Source: Chrysomallon squamiferum (lineage: Eukaryota > Animalia > Mollusca). From it: DNA of 64,000 bases. Position numbers and translations under genes: made by a program. Location of the stretch: assembly GCA_012295275.1 (NCBI GenBank), contig CM022667.1:4154001-4218000 (forward strand). The letters run 5' to 3'. The number at the start of each line of letters is the position of its first letter. Within the stretch, counting starts at the first letter, position 1. Shown piece after piece: positions 13,001-35,361 of this stretch. The notes under the pieces were generated by a model that was given only the letters and a program-made list of their open reading frames with translations, was not told the origin of the DNA and searched no databases.

Positions 13001-13960
13001 TTGATTCAACAAAATTTAATAACCAATTCTTTATCACTTAATACAGTAGATGAGATTATGTAATTTAATTCTCTGTAACCGATTATTCTTTTTATTTAAT
13101 ACTGTAGAAAAGTCTGTAATTTAGTAAGGTTCTGAGATTCTTTATAATTTAATAAGATTCTGTATATTTTGTAACTTAATGAAATTTTTTAACATATTAC
13201 ACACACTTTAATATTAAATGTAAATTTTTTTTTTTTTTTAATTTATTTTATTAACTTGTAATTCAGTTTAGTTAATAATTTAGCTGCACAAGCTTCTTAT
13301 ATTCAATAGTAGTTATTAGTACTACTACTAACAACATCCATTATTACTACTACTACTATTACTTTTTATTATTACTATAATTACTGCTACCATTATTACT
13401 TACCACTACCACTACCACTGCTCCTACTCCTACTGCTACCACTACCACTACTACTCCTACTACTCCTACTGCTACTGCTACTACTACCACTACCACTACC
13501 ACCACTACTACTACTGCTACTGCTACTGCTACTACAGATTTTATTAATTATTATTATCTTAAAGGTCCAGTATTTGCCTGCGGCCCATTTACAAATCCTA
13601 ACACCAGATGGTGAGATTAAAGACTGGGTCAATGTTGAGCCTTTTCTCAGTGGCTCATTTGAGAAGCTCACGAACAACCTTGACCAGTTCAGTATCAAAG
13701 GGAGAGAACTTGCTACAGCTCTCTCACACTTTTCTTACTGCGAGTCTAAAGGAGAGTTGATGATTGTTGATCTGCAAGGCTGGCTCCCCTCGGACGATAG
13801 TGGAATCATCTACTTGACTGATCCCCTGTTCAACACACAGGGCCCAGAGCGGTATGGTCCATATGATCAGCAGGAAAAGGGGATGGCAGCTTTCTGGTCA
13901 CAAGTGCATCCAGAATGCAATGACATATGCAGACATCTTCATTTGTGTCGGCCAGAATAA
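5940..13960 (+). CDS. ALPK1: Alpha-protein kinase 1 orthologue (N-terminal ADP-heptose-sensing helical domain, Ser/Glu-rich linker, C-terminal alpha-kinase), about 959 aa
   Basis: Exons 5940-6000, 6512-6729, 7520-7766, 8731-8820, 9097-9362, 10109-11417, 11765-11924, 12206-12338 and 13565-13960 total 2880 nt in frame. NTD motifs WPFLP, AAAIAFVVDR, TPVAPQVVLRKAR, VCVQVKGQILHNLGLW and DNKGTSSSLG match vertebrate ALPK1. Kinase motifs include LHQDEPLGKYVCK, VEPFLSGSFEKLTNN, HFSY, VDLQGW, IYLTDP and HPECNDIC. Confidence 0.95.
6746..7085. repeat. Compound (CA)n/(TA)n micro/minisatellite just after an ALPK1 donor
   Basis: Repeated blocks of cacacacatgtatatatatataaaatacacacac. These are the source of the spurious VCVC/HTHT ORFs. 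Confidence 0.9.
7975..8730. repeat. 41-42-bp minisatellite (with a higher-order duplication) ending exactly at an ALPK1 splice acceptor
   Basis: Unit gatgtttgtagtgcaatcacaaacacacaagttattatttta, over a dozen copies. The last copy reads ...ttattatttcag|AGAGACAG, which is the real acceptor. Confidence 0.92.
12726..12920. mobile_element. hAT/Charlie-like non-autonomous element fragment in an ALPK1 intron
   Basis: Begins CAGTGGTTCTCAAACTTTTT, a typical hAT-Charlie terminus. No clear opposite TIR. Confidence 0.45.
13315..13537. repeat. (CTA/CTG/CCA)n trinucleotide microsatellite
   Basis: Direct reading of the sequence. It lies just before the last ALPK1 exon. Confidence 0.9.
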
Positions 13961-14233
13961 TGAAAATGATCAGAGCAATAGGGTTCAGTTTTTTTTTAAA
14001 TATTTGTTTTATGGACCCAACTGCTAAAATGAAATTTGTATTTAGACTATAATAGATATCTTTTGAATCAATAATCAGCAGTATCTTCTTTTTGGTCGTT
14101 ATATCATGTACCATTTCTTATTTAGCATATAGAATAATTTGTATGCCATGCTTTTACCTCGGCCCACATAATCAAACTGAAACTATATAAAATTATGTCT
14201 TGTATACAAACATTCATGTGTATGTGTACGTAC

Positions 14234-14235
<2 letters not shown>

Positions 14236-14277
<42 letters not shown>

Positions 14278-14285
14278 AGAGAGAG

Positions 14286-14371
<86 letters not shown>

Positions 14372-14570
14372 AATGAGAGAGAGAGAGAATGAGAGAGAGA
14401 GAGAATGAGAGAAAAAGAATGAGAGAGAATGAGAGAAAGAAAGAATGAGAGAGAGAAAGAATGAGAGAGAGAGAGAAAGAAAGAATGAGAGAAAGAATGA
14501 AAGAGAATGAGAGAAAGAAAGAATGAGAGAGAAAGAAAGAAAGAAAGAAAGAGAGAAAGAGAATGAGAAT
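14236..14570. repeat. (GA)n/GAAT compound microsatellite
   Basis: Direct reading of the sequence. Confidence 0.95.
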
Positions 14571-14913
14571 AAAACAAAAACAAGAATAAATGTTTAAATT
14601 TTTGTTTTATTTTCATGTTTAATTCACCAGACTGCAAAAACATCTACTTTTATTTCTATGTGGCTGTGTGGAAGCGGCCCCAAAACCACATTATATATGA
14701 AGATCTCTCAAATCCAGTAAAACAATGCTGACAAGAGTTCTGGTGAACAATTCAAACTTAAAAAGAATCAACACAGTCTCTTGGGCACTCAGTCTTTGCA
14801 GCACATTTGCAATAACTATGACCATCATCTATTACTGTGATTTCTCCTCTATCCACTTATACCATTAAGTTTTCTGTGCTAAGAAGAAGAAAGTTCAGCT
14901 AGGCAAAAATTAA

Positions 14914-14950
<37 letters not shown>

Positions 14951-17802
14951 TAATAAATATGTTTAAAAATTAATAAATGACACAATGTAAGCAAATGTTA
15001 ATGAATAATAACTAGTTGGAACAAAGCTCACAAACAAGTTTTTCTTTTGTTATTTTTTTTTTTTAAATGTTCAACACTGCATAACTTATGACCTATGCAA
15101 GGGTTTTATTAATGGAAATGTAGAACAAGCTGATAGGGTATGTTTGTTTAATAACACAAAATAAAAATAATAATAAATAATAATAATAAAAAATTCTTTT
15201 GGGGGTTACTTATTTTAAGTTTCCATAAAACTATTAAGTATGAAGAACTGGGAAGAACTGAACTCCCTGCAGTCTTTAAGCTATACAGAATCAGACTGAA
15301 ATTTGTGAAGCATGCAACACAAAAGATGTTTTTCTGTAAAAAGGAGATTAACAAATTAAAAGAATTTCATAAACTGTCTCAGTTTCTATTTGAATAATAA
15401 TAAACAAAAATATTAGTTTTTGAAGCTCTCCAAGTCATCCCCACAATGCAAGAGAAAAAAAAAAATTAAAAAATAAAAACCACCATTCCTTCCCTAATAT
15501 GTAGTTTATTTCTGTATTTATCTTAGAAATTTGAGAGAAAGTTACAAGCAAACAGTATTATTTTTATTATTATTTAATTTATATCCCATATGAGAAAAAA
15601 AAAAAAAAAATTATTTTTGTTTTAAGGTAACATTATAAAATAAATAAAATAAGATAAAAAAAAAAAAATAACAAATGCTCTTGGTTTATTCCAACAAAAA
15701 GAACCACTTAATACTATAAAAATGAACTGTCTGAATGATTTCACTAAAGTATTACTTTTTTTTTTTTTTTTTTTTTTTAAAGTAAGTTTGCCAACAACAG
15801 TTTGTTACAACACCAAGTGGATAGAAACAGAACATCAATTTTAGAAAACTTAACAAAAATTTGTAAGCCGATTTGGGATCTTAACATACACACACGCACA
15901 TCCACACACACACACACACATACATATACAAATGTGCACACGCCATCATACCCTATGATTTACTGTATTTCACAAAACTAATGACATCATAAGAATCTAT
16001 CTTACACTACACACACAAAGATGCATTTTTCTGTACAAAGTCTGCAAGATGAGGAGTTAAAATAAATATTTCAGCCATTTAAATAAAAACTTCAGCTGAT
16101 TTCCACAAAACAAATTATTATAATGAAGGCAGACCAGATAACTCTGTATATTTAAAATAATCTCTTAAAAAATAAATAAATAAATAAAAAAATATCTAGC
16201 TTGTTATTTATATGCAATAATGAAGATAAAGTATCTCAATAATGACCTGCATGAGTTTAAAATGCATTCGACAGATTATCTTTTCAAAAATGGCAACAAA
16301 GGTAAGTATATAAATAAGCAGCCAACAATCGTATTTTAAACTAATCCTTTTTTCTTTTGTTTTCTATACAAAAATATTAATACTCTATGAATACTAGCTG
16401 ATGGAAGAAATGCTATTGAAAATTTTTAGTCAGATAATTAGAAATAACAGCAAAATTATAATTTTGACTAACAATACCTTAAGTCAAACTGGCAGCAGAA
16501 TCTATACTGTAGTTGTAGTAGTAACAATTTAAATCTATTTAAAAATCAAAAACCTCTGAACAATTTTCCTTTCCTACTGTCCTTTATAAATCTAAACTGA
16601 TGAAATTGGAAGTTTTATAGCATTTTTTTTGTTTGTGTTTTAAATCACCAACATGTACATTTTTAAGTCAAATGTTTTTAAATTTTACCATCAATATCCG
16701 ACTCTTTTTCTACACTTTTCAAAATGTCTGTTTTATATCTGCTCACTGTAAAAACGTTTTTTCTGCAGCTCTTATTCATGTGGGACCCTGCAATTTAAAT
16801 TTCCCACCAAGAACTGGCCATTAGTGATTTCAAACATTTTTGCACTGCCTGCTGGAAGCTATTAACATGTCCTTAAAAATGGCTACTTAATTTTTTGAAA
16901 AATATACAAAAATCAGAAGTGTAATCTGTTTTGTGTATCAAAGTTCAATAACAGACATTACCAGTTGTAAAGGAAATGAAGTGGCTGCAGAAACTGTCAG
17001 TAATATTAAATAACATTTTTATATATATATATATAATGCCCCATACACAATAATCTGGTGCTCTGCACAATTAACATGTTAAATACACCATCATCGTTCC
17101 AGTTTCAAAGAAATCTGTGTACACAACCTGTTTAAGATTTAATTTTTAAAAATAGCCATATTCTTATTAATTTGATCAGAATGGAGTTAAGAAGCATGTT
17201 GCGTTAGAAGAGATTGGCTAACTCACATAGCATGCAATACCTAAATATAACTGTAAGTGTTAATTACATTAAGCACACACAAGGTTTGCAAAAGACAATA
17301 ATAAAATAAAATTTAAAAAAAAATCAAAATAATAATAAAAAAAAAAATCACAGGTAGCATATTTATTTTAAAATCTGGATAACTGTTAACATGTACACGT
17401 GAAATAACTGAACAGTTTTTGTCAAGTACCTAGAGCAGAGTGACCTCTGTTCACTATTGCACCATATGACATTTTCAACTGCTTGCCCAACAGATTTTCA
17501 TTTGTTACAAGTGCTGCGACAAAAACAGTAATCAGACATGTCCTAACGGAACAAAAACCAAAAAAATATAAATAAATAAATAAATAAATAAATATTTAAA
17601 AAATAAAAAATCTCTCCACAGTTCCACATCTTGAACAATAATCATCATGTTCACTTTGGCTGAACTTTGGTCAAAATGCTTATTTTACTGCAACCACAAA
17701 CACCCCACCCACAACCAAAATATGTACGATATCTGCATCTAAATTATTATGTGACAAAACCAATATACCTAATTCTTTGTTGCAAGTATAAAAAAAAACA
17801 CA

Positions 17803-17834
<32 letters not shown>

Positions 17835-18478
17835 TCACACATTTTCCTAAAACATTTTTAATCTTTAGTTCATTTTCTTGTCCAGTGTCCATATTAAAGA
17901 AAAATTAAAACATTTTTATTGTCAATACAATAATTTTTCCTAACTTGGGGGAGGGGTTTGTTTTTTTATTCATTTCTTCAGAAAATACACTTATTGTGCA
18001 AAGGAAAACAACATACAATTTAAATATAAACTACTGTTTGTGTGTTTTTTTTGTAAATTTCTTTTTTGTCCACTGAACAGTAAGTTAAGTACAGATTTAG
18101 CTGTTGTTACGGCAGCATAACAGACATTTAAAACACTTCCTAGCTTCATCGTAACAAACACATGACGAAGAACAAAAGTAATATTCAGTGCACATAGAAT
18201 ATTTCATTTTTCATGCACATTTTTCTTCTTCTTCTTCTTCTTCTTCAATTTTATATATATATATATATATATATATTTTTTATCATTTTTGATCTGTCGC
18301 CATGAAAACTTTATTTTTTATTATTTTATTTTATTTATTTTTTTTGGTAAAAATTTCTTCACTGACAAAGACTAGGTCCCATGCAAGTTAATACAGTGCC
18401 AGTAGTCAATGTGAGCTCGTATGCACAGAGAGGAGGTGAGGTGACGTGGACCCAAGTGGCTGCACCAGTGGGATATAC

Positions 18479-27905
<9,427 letters not shown>

Positions 27906-28329
27906 TTTAATAAAAGTATGTATGTCACAGGTCGGATGACCGCTTTTTGTGACAAAGGACAAAAGGATAGGAATCAAACGAAAAAAATTTCTTTTCGTTT
28001 TAGTGTATAGAGGAATCTGAAAAAGAATTAAGGCAGTTTCAGTTACTAATGGCGTAATATATTTTCAACCAGTAAAACCCCAAACTACCGGAAAAATCTC
28101 AATTTTATTTACCCTTGTAACCAGACACAACATGCCAAGTTAGCTTCGAACCCCCTAATGCGGTTACCTTTTCAACTGAAAATCGCTACGGTAGCGAACA
28201 TATGAAGCTATTGATCCTCTTTATCATATCACATTTGATTTCTATCATTACGGTATCACAACAATTAATACAAAGTTTGTTTTGGAGGCTCTGGATGTTA
28301 AAATACGTTATCACATCTCACAGGAATTT

Positions 28330-28482
28330 TTTGACAAAATGGCGACAGTCGTGGTGCCGCGAAGCCAAAACGAGACCATCTCATTTTCCGGTTTCTTAGA
28401 AAGAGTTACTTCCCTTGTATAAGATAAGTTGAGCAGGAGGTTTAAAGGCCACTTGTGTTTGTTAATAAAATGCATGCGCATA
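28330..28482. promoter_or_regulatory. Probable CK2alpha promoter (YY1 CAAAATGGCG, ETS TTCCGG, NRF1-like TGCATGCGCA)
   Basis: A motif cluster in a locally CpG-richer segment about 430-580 nt upstream of the CK2alpha ATG. Confidence 0.45.
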
Positions 28483-28806
28483 TTTGAGTCGCTAAAGCAC
28501 TCAGTTCATTCAAAGATTTATCTCTAAAAATATAGTAGAATAGAAACTTTATAATGTAGATTTAATAATTATTATCATCATGATGATCATCATCACTATC
28601 ATTACTATCATTCTTAAAACTATTTAAGAACTAGATTTTAAATTTTAATTTACATAAATTATATAACACTGTATTACAATATAGAAAAGTTCAATATTTA
28701 TAAATATAATATGGGATAGATGAATAAAACTGGATAGACAGAATGTCTAATTTTAAATATATACCAAACAATATATGTATGAAACCAGTCGTTCCTCAAG
28801 GAAAAG

Positions 28807-28812
<6 letters not shown>

Positions 28813-28902
<90 letters not shown>
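28813..28902. repeat. (GA)n microsatellite
   Basis: Direct reading of the sequence. Confidence 0.95.
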
Positions 28903-28905
<3 letters not shown>

Positions 28906-29578
28906 GAAGACGTAGAACAAAATAATAATAATAGTAATAGTAATAATAAAGAACTATTTAAACTTTGTGGAGCTTGTCTATACTTAAAATACATTTAAAT
29001 TAATTATTGGATCTTACATAATTGAAATATTTTCATCAAAAAACTAGTATTCAGATTTAGTCGATTGATAAATAAACTAATATTCCGAAAAATAAAACAA
29101 TTTGAAAACTCGTTTGATGAACGTTTTGTCATTGTTTCTTTATTCCATAATAATAATAATAAGCAGAAGAAGAAGAAGAAGAAGAAGAAGAAGAAGAAGA
29201 AGAAAGAAAGAAAGAAAGCATGAAAGAAAAAATAGCCGAAACATATAAGCACCATAAACATTAAAAAATAAACTAAACTAAAGAAAGAACAAATATTGCG
29301 TAAGTAAATAATAAATAAACAAATGTGAAAAAGAAACAAATAGTAATAATAATAATTAAAAATACTTAATAAATCAGTAAGTTGTTCTTGTTCACATGTG
29401 TGTGCGTGCGTGCGTGCGTGCGTGCGTTAAGAGTCGTCCCGCGTCGTATCTTTCAAATAATTATACGAAAATAAAACCTCACCTTCTCCCATTTCACTGA
29501 AAACTGAGTTTAGTGTAATTGAAAACGGTGATATTTCCATTTTTTATCATACAAACAAGCGGTTTACAAAGTACGGCC

Positions 29579-30651
29579 CACTTAATTTTGGAAGTTTTGA
29601 TTAAAAGGGGCGTGGTCGTCAATATTTAAATGATTGTTACTCTGCAAGCCAATTGGTCAATGTATCTGAAATGGTTATTCATTATTTTATCATTATTATT
29701 TTTAATTTTTTTAACTTAAGGATAATTTGAAAAATCATGACCTTTGGATCATTATTTTGTCCTGATGGTCACATGACCTTTAGATAACATTTAATTAAGA
29801 ATTTAGCCCAACGTAATTTCTACTCATATTAAATATACATATATAAAATAATAAATAAAAAATTGGAGAAATAATATTCCTTGTTAGACTGTAAAATGAA
29901 GTCAAAGTAGGTTTATATGAGAAAAAAAACGTAATAACTGCATAAATTGTACATTATACATATGTGTCAGATATAATGTAGAAAATGAAGTCTTAACTCC
30001 ATGAAACCAATTGATGTTCAGATTTTTAACTAATTCGAGTGACATCGCATCAAACAACTTGGTACCAAATATTCAGAAATCTGGAATTGGTTGAGATATT
30101 AGTATTTGATCGTTATCATACTACAAAACTAGCTTTTGTTACAAGTTCTTTCACACTGAATCCATTGCCATCACAGCCACGTTTTCCAAGTAAGCAGAAG
30201 AAATACCATTCCGCCGATAGTACGAAATATTTCTCCGGATGACTGCGAATTGATGAAACTGTTCTTATTTCCGTACTGTATTGCATAGCTATCGGTGAAG
30301 CAGTGCATTTTCTTCATTCCTGGAAATTCTGTCAGGTATTCTGTGACAGTCTTCAGAAAGGAAAAACAGTTTCTATTGAATATACTATTTGAAATCACTA
30401 ACAGCGCAAATAGAATACTACAAATGGATGTAAGATCGTCTGCTTATTTTCACAATGGAAACCTTGGATTTCATTCCTTACTTTGTACGAGTATTTTTTT
30501 TTTTTATCAAAGTCTCTCTGAATTTTGACTTTTTCCATTATCTTTCAAGAAAAACATATTTCAGCTACAATGACTAATCATTTGTTGAGTAAAACAGTAT
30601 TTTCAGTTGTGACGGCCACACCCTTTTAATCATAACTGCCAAAATCGAGTG
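29579..30651 (-). mobile_element. Decayed DNA transposon with long imperfect TIRs and a frameshifted transposase fragment (Sola2-like)
   Basis: 29579-29622 (cacttaattttggaagttttgattaaaaggggcgtggtcgtca) is the imperfect reverse complement of 30610-30651, and the similarity extends about 100 bp inward. The minus strand at about 30120-30310 reads FTDSYAIQYGNKNSFIN / SAEWYFFCLLGKRGCDGNGFSVKELVTKAS. This resembles the FSDG..QYKN...AEWHFFATSHGK..CDG.GG.VKR transposase core. The superfamily assignment is from memory. Confidence 0.7.
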
Positions 30652-31074
30652 CCTGATATTAGTAGCAAAACATTAGAGAATAAGGATATTCGTAATTACT
30701 ACAAGCATTAAATTAATAAATAAAAATAATATAAGAAATTGAAAAATAAATAAATAAATAAATAAAAGGTTTTGTAAAATTGCTTTCAAGCAGAAACTTG
30801 TTACTAAGCGAATGGAATTAGCTAATGTATATTTATACTGCCATTTCGTTCTTCACCGATATTTTTACGTTTCGTTAGCACCCGATTTTCTCTGTTATTT
30901 ATTTCGTTAATGTCTTTGTAAACATTCTTATTCACATTTCCGATAAATACTTGCAGACGAGTTCCTCAACACTCCTCTCCATTACGTTACGTTACTCTCA
31001 CTTCTCTTTTGTTCGAATAATCATAATTACTTTTTGACAGTATTTCGGTTAACAAATACGTTATAAAACAAGCT

Positions 31075-31105
<31 letters not shown>

Positions 31106-31139
31106 TAGAAATCACGTATATCTTGTAACCGATTACAAA

Positions 31140-31330
31140 TATACTCGTGTAAAACATCACACAGTAGAATATCCGTTTTCAGTCTTTCGCTTAGCAAGCA
31201 CATTACAAAATTGTTTTATTTATTTATTTTATTAACTCCACCCTAACGCTATGAATATTAATTAATTAATTAATTAATTAATTAACTGAAACTAATGCTG
31301 TAAATACACATACCATTAAAGTATACAACT
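31140..31330. repeat. Dispersed diverged repeat; second copy at about 35817-36000 in a morgue intron
   Basis: Shared blocks atactc(g/a)..taaacatca..cagta and ttatttatttattttattaa(c/t)tccac..taa..ctatgaatatt...aactg.a.ctaatgctg.aaat. Confidence 0.6.
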
Positions 31331-33058
31331 TCATTAAAATGCTAGAACGGCATAATAAAGCGAAAATGCTTCTTATTATCAGAGCGAACAAAAAAAAAAA
31401 ATTAAGGATAAAATTGCTTGTTAAGCATATAATTTCAGTTCGTAATTAATTCGTGCTTATTAAAAGTATATGTTTTTACTGAAGTATTAATATTAAGATA
31501 TCTGAAGCGACAGTGCACTCTATTTCCATTTAATTTTGACATCTACTTAATTTGAAAGCGCGCACACACACACACACATATATAAACTGTCAATATTTTC
31601 AATATCACAGACTAGATTAGGTTTCAGTTATTTGTCACAGTATGTGTCAGAGGGAATGCCTTCAAAAGAAATCAAACTGTTTATAGAACCCTGTAACTGT
31701 TTTTTTTCTTCATATCTTGGTCAGTACAAAATTTAGTGATGAGCAAGAATAATCAAAATGGCTTTGAAGTAGGAATTTATTTTTATTTATTTCTTAGTTT
31801 ATTTATTTATACATTAATTTACTTGTTTGTTTTTTTTTTTGGTTAATTTTCTTTCTGCACAATTTCAATATACAACAAAATTAAAAACATTGAAATTTAT
31901 CGGAAAGCTTTATTAAGTCATTGTGAGCAATTTGTTTATTTAAAAAAAAAAAAAAAAAATATACTTTCACAAACGATGTGTACTTGTTTGTGCATGTATC
32001 TGTATGTCTGTGAAAGTGCGTTTATATATATATATATATTCACACACACAGACACACACACACACACAAACATACATACATATATATATAAAAGAAAATG
32101 AAAACAAGTTTGTGAAAAGTTAACAAATATCAGAAATAAATTTTATTGTTATATTTTGTGACATATGTTTTCTTTTTCCAATGACATTCAGTTCTGTCAT
32201 ATTAGTATCAAACTAATCTGTGTTGTTCTGGAAATAATTTTAATAATTCTTTAAATTCAGACATCCATTGTTGATGCTTAAGTATCAATTGAAATCACAC
32301 ACGCACACATTTTCTCCTGAAACTTGTTTTTGTATAAACATTTCAATATTATAATATACACTATTCACACATATCTTTTCAGACAGCTTCACATTTAAAT
32401 ACTTCAAATCTGCTGATCTTTTCTCACTCATAAAAATATTCTTTTACACTTTGTCTCATACTTACTTCATACTAAATACAAAATTGTGCAGAACATTGTA
32501 TATTTTAAACATTTAGAATTCACCAGCCACATTTCACATTTTGCTAACAACTGCATAGAACATTTTTCATTTGAAACACAGAATTATCTTATATAAACAT
32601 TATATACATACATACATACATACATACATACATACATACATACACACATATATATATATATGTATATTTTTTAAACATTTGAAATGTGTCAGCCATATTT
32701 CTTTCATTATTAATCAAATTTATCACTTGCTGTTCAATGGAACGTATGATTAGTTCAATCTCTTTTCTTAACAGCCATTTTATTTCACTTATCATTTTGT
32801 AGTTTGTGAGATTCAAATCCACCATCCAGTTTGTTTAGAGTCTGTATCTCTTTACATTTAAACCATTCATCATATTCTTCAACTTTTGTTAACAACAAAG
32901 TTCAAACCCGTCATCTTAGAATTATTTTCCTTTCAATAACAAATACCAAATCTGTTGTTGAATCATTTATCTGTTGTTACTAACAAATTTCAAATCTGCC
33001 AGTCGAATTCGTTTCCACTGTAATAATGTTCCTGTTCATACAGTATTAATAATTTTTC

Positions 33059-33485
33059 TTATACGCCATCAAGGCTGATGTTCATGGGAATGAGGTAATC
33101 TAGCATTGCGTATTTCCACGTCCACAGCCTGGCGATTCGTTCAAACTCTGGGAAGTTTCTCTTGTAAAGTTTTCCGATGCAAGGCTCCATGCACACCGCA
33201 CAGTATGGATCAGTGAGCAGCGACTGGATGCTGACCAGAACTTTTGATATCGTCAACGCAAGACTCCAGTTGTGATGTATGGAGTCCAGCCCTACGTCAC
33301 CATGGCGACTGATGTTAGGGTGAAATATTTTTGTGATGAATCGGACTTTGGGTGGTCGCATGGGATAGCTAGAATGCAAAGAATCCATACAAACATACAG
33401 GCAGAATGAGAACAATTTCAAATTATATACACAGATATGCACATTGAATAATCCACACAATATTACATCTGATGTGCTTTGCTCT

Positions 33486-33533
<48 letters not shown>

Positions 33534-35303
33534 GAATTAATTAAAATGCACACGTTCATACAGCTATTAATCAGAATTACATATCTATTAATTAGTTCAC
33601 CTTTATAAAATTATGTGCAGATCAGAAAAAACTGTTAATTTACCTTTGTGGAATCTGCAGGTAGAGGAGAAATATTCCTCCTTCGTACGGACTTCCCTGA
33701 GGTCCTGTTATCGAGGCCTGCCAGTGACAGCAGTGCCGGTCTAGGGGTGTGGCTTGGATTCCTTCAGGAGGGTCAGATTTCAGCGTCTTTAGTTCACTAC
33801 GGAGTCTTCGGTGACGCCAGGAATTTTCTTCAATCGGAGGTGTGCTCTAGAACAAGACATTTCCACGTTTGTTTGTGTTGGAAACACTGATACAGATTTT
33901 GTATAGCAGCAACAGACTGAAATACTCCAACTGCCTGTTTTACTACACACTAATGTCAGTTTTAGTATTTTCTTTATAAAACTCGTTCAAAGAAATTATT
34001 AATACTAGCCTGAATTTTTTGGTGATGCCATTTGAATGACTGTATGTAGATTACTGACTTGAAGGTTAATGAATAATTATAAATTTAAAAATCTCTTCTT
34101 TCTTTTGTTCTTTTTTTTTCTTCTACATTAACAAATAAAAAGTAAAGAAGTGAAGTACAGATCAATGTTTGAGAAATGACAGGAATACAGTGATCTGAGG
34201 AAAATTGGCTTATTCCTTTTACAAGCCAAAACCACAGTTAATTCATAAAAAGGTAGCTGTACTTTGTCTTGTGTGAAAAAAGAACTCTTGCTGCTAACTG
34301 ATAATAACAGTTCATGCAATAACAGCAACAGGTGTCGTTTAATAAAAATTGAATAATTTCGTACTCAAAAACAATACAAATGAACAACTAATAACTGGCA
34401 TGGTAATATTAACAGTGTACTGAATTATTATTTATATCATTAAAGTTAATTAGAAAGCTATGAACAAAAGCTGTAAATTATATTAAAAAATAATAAAAAA
34501 TTAAACATACTACTGCAATGTTAACATGTTGAACAGTTAAAATAACAGATATTTTCTGTTTAAACTTCACTGTTCAGGAAACTGTCAAAATGAAAAAGTC
34601 TGAAAGTTATTAATAAAGACAGAAAGCTAGTACCTGCAGCACCATACTTTCAAGGCAATATCGACACGGAGAACTCTCCACTCTGAATAAAAACATAAAA
34701 ATTTACGTTAAAACGTTTTTAATAACATACACTACAGACATTTATTATCCTACCACTAAGACCTACACTGAACATAACATAATAAATAAATAAAATCTTT
34801 GTGAATGTTGACATTATATGTAATTTATATGAGTGGTAAATTATTTAACTCAGTATATGAATGAACTTAAAGTTAAACTCAGTGGCCTTTGTGGAAAAAT
34901 TGTCTTATTTAGTGTACATATCACACACACACACACACACATACATCCACCCATAGTTATATATTAAATCAGTTTAATTGCCCAGGTTGCTTACAGTTTG
35001 GTGTACAAGGTTTTCCAACATTTTACTTGGTACTGGGGTTGAAACAAAGGCCACCGCAAACGAATAAAGTTATTCCACTTTGATTCATTCGTCTCTCCAT
35101 CCAGGATTTGTCTCCAGCGTGTACAGACATTGCCAGCTGTCCACAGTGATATGTCATCAAGATGTTTGAAAACCACCAGTAAAACTGAAACAAATTTTTT
35201 TTAAAAATGTAATAGGACTGTTTTGTTCTCCGAATCTTAGACACATACTCTGTGTGTCTAAGATTTGGAGAACAAAATCTGTAACAGAACATACTCTGTG
35301 TGT

Positions 35304-35361
<58 letters not shown>

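Noticed and set aside
14640-18470. Possible hidden gene between ALPK1 and CK2alpha
   Set aside because: No spliceable coding exons were found. The region is consistent with a long CK2alpha 3'UTR and intergenic DNA.
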